Shown: piece by piece, positions 39,594 through 51,974 of the stretch
Layout: each line of letters starts with the position of its first letter
Numbering within the stretch: position 1 is the stretch's first letter
Origin: Candidatus Cloacimonadota bacterium
GTDB taxonomy: Bacteria; Cloacimonadota; Cloacimonadia; G963667145
Assembly: GCA_963667145.1 (NCBI GenBank)
Contig: OY762943.1
Location: 498,122 to 562,121 of the forward strand
Length of the DNA stretch: 64,000 nucleotides
Direction of reading: 5' to 3'
Translations under genes and position numbers: made by a program
Notes under the pieces: generated by a model
Databases searched by the model: none
Seen by the model: only the letters and a program-made list of their open reading frames with translations
Told to the model about the DNA's origin: nothing

Positions 39594-40298
39594 GTGAATA
39601 TAAGAGAATCAAAAAAAGAAAAAACCATAGCTAATATCTTGGGAGTGGCGGAAAAACTTTTTTCTTCTCAGGGCTACGAAAGCACTTCCATAGCACAGAT
39701 AGCCAAAGAATGCGGGCTGTCCAAAGGTGCAATGTATCATCATTTTGCTTCCAAAGAAGCTGTGCTGAACGAAATTTGCCTCAATTATTACAAATTTTTG
39801 AAAGAGAAATTTATGCCGATTGCAACGAACAACAAATTGAATATGTACGAGAAAATATACAAAACGATGAAAATTGCTCGCTCAATGCAACTTAACACCT
39901 CAGCGACCTCATTTGCCAAGCCGAAAGAAGCAAACACTTTCACCGTGGAAAATGCTGCCGTGAATCAGCTGTTGGGGAAGTACGCCAAAAAAATTTATAC
40001 GGAAGTTTTCAGCATTATTTTTGAAACTGGCAAAAACGACTACGAGTGTGCTTTTCCCTGCTCAGCCACTACTATCGCCAATCTCATTTTCAACTTGGAC
40101 ATCAGCACCACCGAGCAACTAAACACCATCATTTTTGACGCTGAAATCGGAGATAAGGAAAAAGCTGTCAACGACACTATCACGGGCTTTGTCTTCGCTC
40201 TGTCCCGACTTTTGAACATCAGCTCAGAGAAAATCGCCGAAATCATTTTAATACCCGAACTAAAACAAAAATATAAGGAAATAATCACAACATTATGA
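39594..40298 (+). CDS. TetR/AcrR-family regulator
   Basis: GYESTSIAQIAKECGLSKGAMYHHFASKE. Confidence 0.92.
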   Translation: MNIRESKKEKTIANILGVAEKLFSSQGYESTSIAQIAKECGLSKGAMYHHFASKEAVLNEICLNYYKFLKEKFMPIATNNKLNMYEKIYKTMKIARSMQLNTSATSFAKPKEANTFTVENAAVNQLLGKYAKKIYTEVFSIIFETGKNDYECAFPCSATTIANLIFNLDISTTEQLNTIIFDAEIGDKEKAVNDTITGFVFALSRLLNISSEKIAEIILIPELKQKYKEIITTL

Positions 40299-41251
40299 AA
40301 AATTATTTAAAAATCTCACTCCTATTTCTTATCGCCTTGCCATCACTCGTTTTCGCACAAGAAAAAACGAAACCCAGCTTTATTCCTCTGGTGCAATACG
40401 ACTACCTGCACGCAGATAAGCAATCCCTCAAAAACAGCAATTTAGGTTTGGTAATCAAAGGAAAAAACCTTTTCATCGTGGGCTTTGCTTCACTTTTCGA
40501 ATTTGAAAAAAATCTTTTGTTCGACTATCCGCAATCCTACTTCGGCATCGACTTCATCAGCGAATATCACACGGAAAAATCGCAATTCCTCTTCTTGTAC
40601 AGCTCATACACCGACCTTCCCGAAAAAATGGAAGTGCAGACCTTGCAAACCGCTTTGGTTTACGGACACAAATTCATTGATAGAAAAGATTTCTTGCTTG
40701 TCTTCGGTGGAGGCTTTGCGGTTAGTGATTTTGGGATTGAATATGAAGACGGCAAGCCTTGGGTTCTGCTACCCGTTCCGTTTCTTAGAATAAAATCTTT
40801 CGGAGAGTATTTTGAGACTGGATTTGAATTTATCTCTTCGCCGGGCTTGGAAGTAACTTTCTTGCCAAAAAGCAAAATCAGAGCAAGTTTTGACGGACGC
40901 ATCGACCAATTTCGCGATGCAAGAGATTTTATTTATGAAACCAAATTGCATTACCGATTTTTCTCCGAAAATCACAAACTCGGAGATTTTGCAGGAGTTG
41001 CTCTCGGCTTCAAGAACGACAACTACGGCGGGTTCGATTTGACCGAGCGAAATTACGGCTCCACCGACGACACAGAATCTTTTGAACTCCAATACAACTC
41101 GGTTTTCGCAGAATTGGACTTGTCTTTCCTAAAAATTTCTTACGGCTATGTCTTCAACGCTCGCGAGCTTTATCACGACGGCGACAACTCAACTAAAAAA
41201 GATGTTGGAGAGGGATATTACTTGTCGTTGCAAGGGGCATGGGAATTTTAG
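40295..41251 (+). CDS. Hypothetical secreted, probable beta-barrel protein
   Basis: Signal peptide, alternating aromatic pattern, C-terminal WEF; ATGA overlap with TetR. Confidence 0.6.
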   Translation: MKNYLKISLLFLIALPSLVFAQEKTKPSFIPLVQYDYLHADKQSLKNSNLGLVIKGKNLFIVGFASLFEFEKNLLFDYPQSYFGIDFISEYHTEKSQFLFLYSSYTDLPEKMEVQTLQTALVYGHKFIDRKDFLLVFGGGFAVSDFGIEYEDGKPWVLLPVPFLRIKSFGEYFETGFEFISSPGLEVTFLPKSKIRASFDGRIDQFRDARDFIYETKLHYRFFSENHKLGDFAGVALGFKNDNYGGFDLTERNYGSTDDTESFELQYNSVFAELDLSFLKISYGYVFNARELYHDGDNSTKKDVGEGYYLSLQGAWEF

Positions 41252-41651
41252 AAATATGTGAAATTATCTCTTTATTTCTCTTGAAAGTTCTAACCTATAA
41301 TTCAAATTGCTTGGGACTTCTCTTATTCCAAAGCCCCAAAAATCCCCATTATTTCTGCGTAAATTCGGATAAACATATTTGTAAAACATTTGCTTACCTC
41401 TATCATAATTATTAGAATTAATACCTTTCAAACATGCAGAAAATGTCCCAGAAATATAGTCTGCAAGCTGAATACCAACACTTTGATGAGAATTTTCAAT
41501 ATTTAAACTATCTTTAATGTGTTTATATTCGTTTATAAAATCACCTGAATTATACAATTCAAAATACGCATCTCTAAAAAAATTATCCGTATTTTCATTA
41601 ACAGGATCGAAAAATAAAACAGCCAAATTTTCTTCTGTTCTTGTTTGAACT

Positions 41652-42998
41652 AGTCAAGTCTCATTTGTGGTGTAAATTCTCTCATGTTTTAATTATTCTT
41701 AAAAATTTTCTGCTAACTTAAGTTTTTTCTGTAAGTTGGCTCTTTCTGTTTTTATTATACTCATATAGGTTCGACCCTCTGTCCAGTCCTCATTTTGTTG
41801 AATCAAAATTGCTCCAATTAGAAGATTACAACTCTCACAATTAGGGAAAATTCTGATGCTTTTTTCTCGTCGTCTAATCTCTTCATTCAGTCGTTCTATC
41901 GGATTAGTGCTTTTAATTTTCGCCCAATGTTGTTCTGGTAAGGCAATAAAATTGCTGACTTCAGGCAGGGTCTCCTCAAGCCAATCAAAAAGTCGTTCAC
42001 TCCCTTTATTTTCAACATTTGACAACAACTTATTTTTGTGATATTTAAACTCTTCCAAGTTTGCTGATTTCACAAAATTGCTACTCAGAGGAGTTAGCCA
42101 GCCCAAATCTTTCTTCGGAACTTTATCCAACAAATTTCTTTGCCAATGCACAATACATCGCTGCTGAATTTGGCACGGAAAGCACTTAGTTAAAGCGGCT
42201 TTCAGCCCATCATGGTCGTCTCTTATCCACATATTTGTTTCTCTTAAACCTCTATGTTTTAGACTCAAAAAGAACTCTTCCCAAGAACTTTCGGCTTCTT
42301 TTAGGTGCATCTCAAATCCCAAAATTTCTCGCTTCCCATCTTCCGTTAAGCCAAGAGCAATCATAATTGCTTGCGGTCTAACTTGCCCATTTTCTCGCAC
42401 TTTAGTGTAAATGGCATCAATCCAGATGTATTCATATTTTGAAGCCAATTTGCGAGATTTCCACTTGTTAACCTCTTGTTGAATCGGCTGAATATACCTG
42501 CTAACAGTGCTTTTGGCCAAATTTTTTATCCCAAGTCTGTCGAACAATTTTTTCATTTTCCGAGTAGAAACTCCATTGATGTAAGCCTGCTGAACTATGC
42601 TAATCAGCGACCTATCGATTCGTTGGTATTTCTCCTATTACGGAAGATGTGAAAGTACCCTTTCTTATTTTGGGAAAATCAATTTCTAACTCGCCTAAAC
42701 TAGTGGCAAGTTTTCTAGTTCTAAATCCACTTCTATAAGTTGTTCGCTCCTCATTTCGCTCATATTTTTTAGCATTCAAATATGACTCTAATTCTGCTTG
42801 AAACAGTTGATTTACAGCTGTTTTCAAAATTTTTGTTAAATTATTACTCGTTTCGTCCTTGACAAAATTTGTAAATTCTTCAAGTTTTTTATCATGGTTG
42901 TTGGTCATTTTTGCCTCCTCGTGTTAACTTTTTGTAACATGAGAACAAAAGTGACCATTTTTTACTTTTTAAATTTACACCAACTTTGAGACGTTATC
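41652..42998 (-). mobile_element. IS256-family insertion sequence (1347 bp)
   Basis: Ends GATAACGTCTCAAAGTTGGTGTAAATT / AGTCAAGTCTCATTTGTGGTGTAAATT; 8-bp duplication TTTGAACT at 41644-41651 and 42999-43006. Confidence 0.93.
41699..42908 (-). pseudogene. IS256 transposase with a +1 frameshift near 42635
   Basis: WIDA, QRCIVH and STNPIERLNEEIRRR motifs; ATAGGAGAAATAC carries one extra base relative to the in-frame I-E-K-Y-Q-R. Confidence 0.85.
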
Positions 42999-43531
42999 TT
43001 TGAACTTCCATCTCAATTCTTTGCATATGTTCTTGTAAATGCATCTTCAACATTGATTTTTCGTTTATTCTTGCACAATTTTTGTTGTCTGTATGAGTTA
43101 TAATAATTTGCTTATATTTAATTGTTTCAAGCAACTTTAAAGATTCTTCAACAAAATCAATTAATTTGTGATAATCATAAATTTCTAAAAATTTAAAATC
43201 TTTATCTTGGGGAACTTTTTGCTCTTTCTTTTGAAAATTTCTTAAAGGCCAAAGATAGCTCCATTTTATCTCTTTAGTAAGTGGCAATTCGTACTTATTT
43301 TTCAAACTAAAAAAAGCATTATTGATATTTTTCCATTCATCTGCCTCTATAAGTAAAGTACTTCTTATATAATAAGGATGTCGTTTCAAATGTTTCTCAG
43401 ACCTTCTTAATTGATAAGCCCCACATTCATCACTAAATCCAAAAAAAATACTCATATTCTCTCCAATCAACTTAAATTCTATTTTTCCGAAGTCTTTATT
43501 ACTTCAAATCTTTACACACTTTCTGTCAAAC

Positions 43532-43561
43532 AAAAACCGCTACCGAAATTCAGTAGCGTTT
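43532..43561 (-). terminator. Putative terminator after the methyltransferase/ATP-grasp gene
   Basis: CGCTAC/GTAGCG hairpin with a T-run on the minus strand. Confidence 0.5.
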
Positions 43562-43576
43562 TCAATGTTTTTATTC

Positions 43577-45484
43577 TTATCTCAATCCATATCGCTGTTC
43601 AGCTGCTTTGAGAATTGCCTCCAACATCTGCGAATAGTCAATATCGGCAAACTTGCTCATCTTCGCCATATGTCCATCCCAGCACCATCCGGGGTTCGGA
43701 TTCACTTCCAACAATTTCGGACTACCATCGGCACTCAGTCGCCAGTCAAACCGACAATAGTCGCGACATCCCAAGCGTCTAAACAACTTCAAACTGTGCC
43801 TGATTAACTGTTGCTCCATCTCCAAATCGAGATTTGCCCTAATAGATTTCAGATTTTTCATATAAGGAGAATCCTGCAACCACTTTGCCTCATAGCCACA
43901 AATCCTCGGCAAACCCTCAGGCAAATCGGAATAATCTTCCTCTATAATCGGCAAAATTATGTCTCCATCCGCATTGCCTATCACTCCCAAAGTCAGCTCC
44001 GCTCCAGTCAAAAACTCTTCCACCAAAATCGGATTTTCGTAATCAAACTGCTCTTTAATCCGCACAATCGCATTCATCAACTCCTCAATGTTGTTCGCCA
44101 CATTTTTTTGCGTAATCCCAAAACTGGAGTCACCAAAGTTTGGCTTGGCTATCACAGGAAAAGAGATGTTGAGTTCATACAAATTGCTATCAGCGGTAAT
44201 CACAAAAGCGTCCGCGACAGGCACATCAATTTCGTTGGCAATACCTCGAATAAGCGATTTATCATAACAATAAGCAAGCGTTTGCGGATTTGAACCCGTA
44301 TATGGCAAATTCAGCATCTCCAACAAAGACGGCACGTGCAACTCCTTTTTGGCATCGTTATTGAAGCCCTCGTCGCACAAATTAAGCACCAAATCCGTAT
44401 TCCCTTTCAATCTGTCGCAATCGCTTATAAGCGTGCTGTGATTGTCCAAATAGCTAAATTCATACCCCTTAATCTTGCCAAGAGCCGACTTCAGTCTATC
44501 GATAGTAGCAAAGTCGTCCGAATCGAATTTGGCATCAGGCTTCACGATGTCGTTCAATTTCGGGTCGCCCATTATCACCACTACATTCTTCACGTTTTTG
44601 GTAGATTTTTTGGGAGTCCATTCTTTCGTCGCTGTCGCCACCAAAATAATCCTATTGGACATCATCCCCAAATCTTTGCTGTCCATAGACTCCAGCTCCA
44701 AATTGTCGTAAAAAATGCTCTCCAAGAAACCAGCTTTTTGTGCAAGTTCGGACAAAGTTTTCTTATCGTAAAGTCGCTCAGCGTAGAATTGGTCAACCAC
44801 AACGCCCTTTTCCGTGTGAGTAACAACCTCTCTGGAAATCAGCCTTTCGTTGTCCGCAGCCAGTGACCTCTCACGGCACACAAAATACTTCTTATCTATC
44901 CATTCCCAACTTCGGGAAGCAAAATTCTCCCGCAGAAACTTTCCATCTGCCACATCCATTAGCAATTTTCCGCCAGGCTTCAAAACACGAAAAATTTCTT
45001 TGAGCACCTTTATATCATCTTCCGCAGTCTCAAAATAGCCAAAGCTATTTCCCAAAATGGTGATGTAATCGAAACTATCAGTGTCAAAAGGCAATCTCCG
45101 TGCATCGCCCTCTCGGAAATTTATGGAAAGACCCTTTCGCTTGGAATTGTTTTTGGCTCTCTGAATAAGATATCTGGAACGGTCTATTCCAGTGAGCAAA
45201 TACGAATCGTCCTTCGCCAACTCAATCAGGTGTCGCCCTTGTCCACAAGCTATATCCAAAAGCGACTCGCCACTTTTAATTCCCAAAATTTTCCTAAATA
45301 AAGACATTTCCCTGATGGTAATCTGCTCATTATCCAAGACATCGGCGTCCGTTTTCAAATAAATGGAATTGAAAAGTCGCTTCCACCAGTCGGAATGCAA
45401 ATACTGCTCCAAATCCTCAACTGGACCCACAGTCTTGCTCACACAAATCTGCTTTTTGTGTTTATCATTCTTTTTTCTCTTCAT
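43577..45484 (-). CDS. Class I SAM methyltransferase fused to a D-Ala-D-Ala-ligase-like ATP-grasp domain
   Basis: LDIACGQGRH and NSFGYF, then LPYTGS, KP..GDSSFGI, LVEEFLTG, RFDWR, LEVNPNPG. Confidence 0.88.
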   Translation of the reverse strand: MKRKKNDKHKKQICVSKTVGPVEDLEQYLHSDWWKRLFNSIYLKTDADVLDNEQITIREMSLFRKILGIKSGESLLDIACGQGRHLIELAKDDSYLLTGIDRSRYLIQRAKNNSKRKGLSINFREGDARRLPFDTDSFDYITILGNSFGYFETAEDDIKVLKEIFRVLKPGGKLLMDVADGKFLRENFASRSWEWIDKKYFVCRERSLAADNERLISREVVTHTEKGVVVDQFYAERLYDKKTLSELAQKAGFLESIFYDNLELESMDSKDLGMMSNRIILVATATKEWTPKKSTKNVKNVVVIMGDPKLNDIVKPDAKFDSDDFATIDRLKSALGKIKGYEFSYLDNHSTLISDCDRLKGNTDLVLNLCDEGFNNDAKKELHVPSLLEMLNLPYTGSNPQTLAYCYDKSLIRGIANEIDVPVADAFVITADSNLYELNISFPVIAKPNFGDSSFGITQKNVANNIEELMNAIVRIKEQFDYENPILVEEFLTGAELTLGVIGNADGDIILPIIEEDYSDLPEGLPRICGYEAKWLQDSPYMKNLKSIRANLDLEMEQQLIRHSLKLFRRLGCRDYCRFDWRLSADGSPKLLEVNPNPGWCWDGHMAKMSKFADIDYSQMLEAILKAAEQRYGLR

Positions 45485-45824
45485 TTTGTTTTTACCTTCG
45501 TTTTTTTGAAAAGTACAAGAATCAATTATAGAATTGTCCTATAACTTCTTGTACCTCAATTAAATATTAACAAAACGGAGATTTTTATTATTTTGGGACT
45601 TGGATGTCAACACTTAATGAAGAGAATGTGAATATAAGCTTTTCCCACTAAATCCTAATCCATAATGATTTCCAAAAAGTGTCCAAATTTTAAGTTATTT
45701 TTCCCGAAGCTGTATATGGCGCATACTGCGAGGGGAAAATAACAAAAAAGTTGGACATTTCTAATCTATTTTCTTCAAAATCTTTTTGAGAATAAAACTT
45801 TTTGGCAATAAAAAAAGCTCTCTA

Positions 45825-45942
<118 letters not shown>

Positions 45943-46111
45943 CAAAGAGCTTTTAAAACAAATCGTTATGATAAAAAAGTTGGTGAGATATTAAAAAGAA
46001 AAAAATAAGCCAATGGAACAATTAGTATCACTCGGCTGAGCGCATTACTACGCTTACACCTGTGACCTATCAACGTTGTAGTCTCCAACGGTTCTCATAG
46101 GGAAATCTATT

Positions 46112-46153
<42 letters not shown>

Positions 46154-46270
46154 TTCCAAACTTAGCTACTCGGCAATGCAGCTGACGCCACAACCGATAC
46201 ACCAGAGGTTTGTTCACACCGGTCCTCTCGTACTAGATGCAAATCCTCTCAAATTTCCTACTCCCACGAA

Positions 46271-46317
<47 letters not shown>

Positions 46318-46340
46318 ACTCTTTAATTGGCGAACAGCCA

Positions 46341-46371
<31 letters not shown>

Positions 46372-46427
46372 AGTTGAGCCGACATCGAGGTGCCAAACAC
46401 CGCCGTCGATATGAACTCTTAGGCGGT

Positions 46428-46460
<33 letters not shown>

Positions 46461-46618
46461 TTTGAGCAACGGCCCTTCCATACAGAGCCGCCGGATCACT
46501 AAGACCTGCTTTCGCATCTGCTCGACCCGTCAGTCTCGCAGTTAAGCTCCCTTATACCTTTATGCTCTTCGATTGATTGCCGACCAATCTGAGGGAACCT
46601 TTGTAAGCCTCCGTTACT

Positions 46619-46651
<33 letters not shown>

Positions 46652-46902
46652 ACCAGACAATGTCTGCTAGCAGGGTAACTGCTAGCGTTAGTGATTCAAC
46701 AACATAAGGGTGGTATTTCAAGGGTGACTCCACGCAGACTAGCGTCCACGCTTCAAAATCTCCCACCTATCCTACACATACCTCATCAAATCACAATGTC
46801 AAGCTATAGTAAAGGTTCACGGGGTCTTTCCGTCCGTTCGCGGGTAGGCGGCATCTTCACCGCCACTACAATTTCACCGAGATCCTGGTTGAGACAGTAT
46901 TC

Positions 46903-46990
<88 letters not shown>

Positions 46991-47178
46991 TGGGGCTTCA
47001 CTCAAGAGCTTGCACTCTCTCACTTAACCTTCCAGCACCGGGCAGGTGTCAGTCTATATACTTTCAATTGCTTGTTTGCATAGACCTGTGTTTTTGATAA
47101 ACAGTCGCTTGAATCTTTTCACTGCGGCCGGGGGCATGCTCATACCGCGAAGGTAATCACTTCCCCCGGCACCCCTTC

Positions 47179-47212
<34 letters not shown>

Positions 47213-47695
47213 TAACCAGAATTCTCTCGAACACCTGAGGATACTCTCCTCACCCACCTGAGTCGGTTTGGGGTACGGTCTGTTATGACATAAACGCTTA
47301 GAAGTTATTTCTTGGCAGCACTATAGGTGGACTTTGCGAGCTTAAGCTCTCGTCCTGTGTCTCAGAATATTGCTCGGCGGATTTGCCAACCGAACTTCTT
47401 ACGCACATTCAACACCACTTTCAGCCGGTGTCTCCACTGCAACGCTGCGTCACTCCATCACTTCCCATAACAGGTTCTGGAATATTAACCAGATTCCCAT
47501 CAGCTACCCTGGAAACCAGACTCGCCTTAGGGGCCGACTAACCCTGAGCAGATTTTCTTTACTCAGGAAACCTTGGGTTTTCGGTGTGCGGACTTCTCAT
47601 CCGCATTATCGCTACTCATGCTAGCATTCTCTCTTGTAGCCACTCCAGCATCTCTTACAAGACACCTTCAACGCCGACTACAATGCTCTCCTACC

Positions 47696-48009
47696 CCAAG
47701 CACCTATTTTTAACTTCAAACTTTATCAGAATTTTCTACTCTTTTCAGGAGGTATCTCCTTGAGTTTCCATTCTGTTTCAGCATTCTTTCTCTTTTTCTC
47801 GCATCACTCTCGGATAAGTAAGCTTCATAATATATAAGCTTCCATTCTCCAGCTTGAGTATATTTACTCTTGCCACTTAAATGCTCAAAAATTCTACGCT
47901 CTAAATCGTTGGTGTATCCTATATAATGCAAATTTCTATTCAAATCTTTCAATAGATATACATAGTACATAGTTACTCCTTAAATTCAAAATTAAAAATA
48001 GGTGCTTGG
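47696..48009 (-). other. 23S intervening sequence at the helix-45 position (314 bp)
   Basis: Perfect 18-bp IR CCAAGCACCTATTTTTAA/TTAAAAATAGGTGCTTGG enclosing an ORF. Confidence 0.9.
47716..47970 (-). CDS. GIY-YIG nuclease-family protein inside the 23S IVS
   Basis: YYVYLL...HYIGYTNDLERRIFEH...WKLIYYE...ARKRERMLK; RBS AAGGAG 5 nt upstream. Confidence 0.9.
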   Translation of the reverse strand: MYYVYLLKDLNRNLHYIGYTNDLERRIFEHLSGKSKYTQAGEWKLIYYEAYLSESDARKRERMLKQNGNSRRYLLKRVENSDKV

Positions 48010-48621
48010 CCGCGATTTCGGTATTATACTTATCAGTCCCGATCATCTTCGGTGCATTACCACTTAACCAGTGAGCTATTACGCACTCTTTAAATGATAG
48101 CTGCTTCTAAGCTAACATCCTGGCTGTCTTTGCAATAAAACATCCTTTCTCACTAAGTATAAATTTAGGGACCTTAATCGTCGGTTAGGGATCTTTCCCT
48201 CTCGCCCATGGAGCTTATCCCCCACAGACTGTCTCCCTTACATCAAATTACGGTATTCGGAGTTTATTAAGGTTCGGTAGGCTTGTAGGCCCCCTAGCCT
48301 AATTAGTGCTCTACCCCCGCAATTCTAATAAGAGGCACTGCCTAAACAGTTTTCGGAGAGAACCAGATATCGCCCGGTTTGATTGGCCTTTCACCCCTAC
48401 CCACAGCTCATCCACTGATTTTTCAACATCAGTTGGTTCGGTCCTCCATTTGGTTTTACCCAAACTTCAACCTGGCCATAGGTAGATCACCGGGTTTCGG
48501 GTCTAATCCTGCCAACTAAACGCGCTATTAACACTCGCTTTCGCTTCGGCTCCATCACTTTATGATTTAACCTTGCTGACAAAATTAACTCGCTAGCTCA
48601 TTATACAAAAGGCACGCCATC

Positions 48622-48691
48622 CCAAGCACATATTTAACCCCCACAAACTATAATCTCTTATAAAATCTATAAGAATTAAATATGTGCTTGG
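48622..48691 (-). other. 23S intervening/expansion segment at the helix-25 position (70 bp)
   Basis: Perfect 16-bp IR CCAAGCACATATTTAA/TTAAATATGTGCTTGG. Confidence 0.8.
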
Positions 48692-48741
48692 TCTGACTGA
48701 TTATAAACATACGGTTTCAGATACTATTTCACTCCCCTTCC

Positions 48742-48789
<48 letters not shown>

Positions 48790-49091
48790 AAAATGTATTT
48801 AGCCTTACCGGATGGTCCCGGCAGATTCAGACAGGGTTTCACGTGCCCCGCCCTACTTGGGATCCTGCTACAGCAGATACAGAATTTCGTCTACAGGAGT
48901 ATCACCCTCTTCGCTACAGCTTTCCAACTGTTTTCGACTATCCTCTATCAGTCCGATATCGCAGTCCCACAACCCCAGCTAACAAGTCAGCTGGTTTAGG
49001 CTCTTTCCCGTTCGCTCGCCACTACTTAGGAAATCATTATTATTTTCTCTTCCTGTGGTTACCTTAGATGTTTCAATTCACCACGTATGCC

Positions 49092-49161
49092 CCAAGCACC
49101 TATTTAAGCCACAACAGACTAAAATTTCTATTCAATCCGCAAGGATTAAATAGGTGCTTGG
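49092..49161 (-). other. 23S intervening/expansion segment at the helix-10 position (70 bp)
   Basis: Perfect 16-bp IR CCAAGCACCTATTTAA/TTAAATAGGTGCTTGG. Confidence 0.8.
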
Positions 49162-49448
49162 TAATTGAGTATAACCTCAATTGGGTTGCCCCATTCGGAA
49201 ATTCCCGGGTCAAAGCTTGCTTACAGCTAACCGAGACTTATCGCAGCAAACCACGTCCTTCATCGCCATTTTGCGCCAAGGCATTCACCGTATGCCCTTT
49301 CTACTTAATTTTCGATTCTCTTTAATAATCTCACCACTTCTATAAAATTTCTTTTCTTAAAGAACTATAAAATAAATTATTAGCCCCAAAATTGAGCTAC
49401 TAATTTATTCTTTATCATCAATCCAACCGTAAACCCAACATAAAAAAA

Positions 49449-49524
<76 letters not shown>

Positions 49525-49602
49525 AAGCAAATTGCAAACAATTTGCAATTAATAATTTATAATTAATAGTTGATAATTACCGACCCCGTCCCACCAAAAC
49601 AT

Positions 49603-49950
49603 CTAATTACTTTTAGAGTTTTTGATTATTGCGGTCAGGAGCTTAATTATTTCTACCAGATCACTTTTGAGACCAGCAACTTCATCCTCTGTCAAATAAA
49701 TGTCAGTAAGCAAATCCAACCAGTACTCAGTTTCTCCAGCCTCTTTGAGTGCTATTGACAATTTCGAGATAAAGTCTTTCCTACTTTGAGCATTCTGGCT
49801 TTCCTTGATGTTAGCACCAATTGACGTTCCACTTCTCAGAACCTGCTTAGAGAGCACATACTCTTTTTTGATAGCTGTTAAATACTTGTAGAGCTTAACA
49901 ATTCGTTTAGCAAACTGAAAACCCTTTTCATAGACAACATTATCTTTCAT
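49603..49950 (-). CDS. Four-helix-bundle protein (23S rRNA-IVP / TIGR02436 family)
   Basis: LSKQVLRSGTSIGANIKE...SRKDFISKLSIALKEAGETEYWL. Confidence 0.93.
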   Translation of the reverse strand: MKDNVVYEKGFQFAKRIVKLYKYLTAIKKEYVLSKQVLRSGTSIGANIKESQNAQSRKDFISKLSIALKEAGETEYWLDLLTDIYLTEDEVAGLKSDLVEIIKLLTAIIKNSKSN

Positions 49951-50012
49951 CTCTTTCCAAGTCCAACGTATCCATAATTATCAATTATTCATTGTCAATT
50001 TTCAATTACAAA

Positions 50013-50089
<77 letters not shown>

Positions 50090-50157
50090 ATCAGGATTTA
50101 ATAAAATAAATTATGTAGAGTAAACCAAAGCCAATCGGCTTAATTTTTTTCCTTTAA

Positions 50158-51724
<1,567 letters not shown>

Positions 51725-51811
51725 AATAAATAGTTTGATTGATTGACTTATTTTTAGGTTTACTCTACACTTCTATAAATTTTTCAAGTATCTACATTTT
51801 CAACGTGAGCG

Positions 51812-51839
51812 ATAATTATTTTTGCGGTTTTTGTGTCAA
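51812..51839 (-). promoter_or_regulatory. Putative rrn promoter
   Basis: TTGACA-16 nt-AATTAT with an A-rich upstream tract, about 90 nt before 16S; the -10 match is weak. Confidence 0.5.
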
Positions 51840-51974
51840 ACTTATTTTTTTTGACGCATAAAAATACTTTGCCTTCAATTTCTAATACTCAATATTGCTC
51901 AACTGAAGACCTAGCATTCAGACTCAAAAACTTCGCTCAATTGTGAATCGTAATTAAAATGGTCTGTTTTGCCG

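Larger units (their letters stand above)
41264..43470 (-). pseudogene. DUF3800-like gene split by IS256
   Basis: N-terminal FSDECG and C-terminal GIQLADY; removing the IS and one duplication restores ...MEVQTRTEENLAVLFFDP... in frame. Confidence 0.82.

Noticed and set aside
37760-41260. Integron cassette array (GNAT, TfoX, CPBP)
   Set aside because: The genes overlap or abut as an operon, with no repeated attC-like sites and no integrase.
47696-48009. Group I intron with a homing endonuclease
   Set aside because: The insert is almost entirely ORF plus one terminal stem, leaving no space or motifs for a P3-P9 catalytic core.
49603-49950. Diversity-generating retroelement (Avd-like four-helix bundle)
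   Set aside because: No reverse transcriptase or TR/VR repeat pair was seen in the window.
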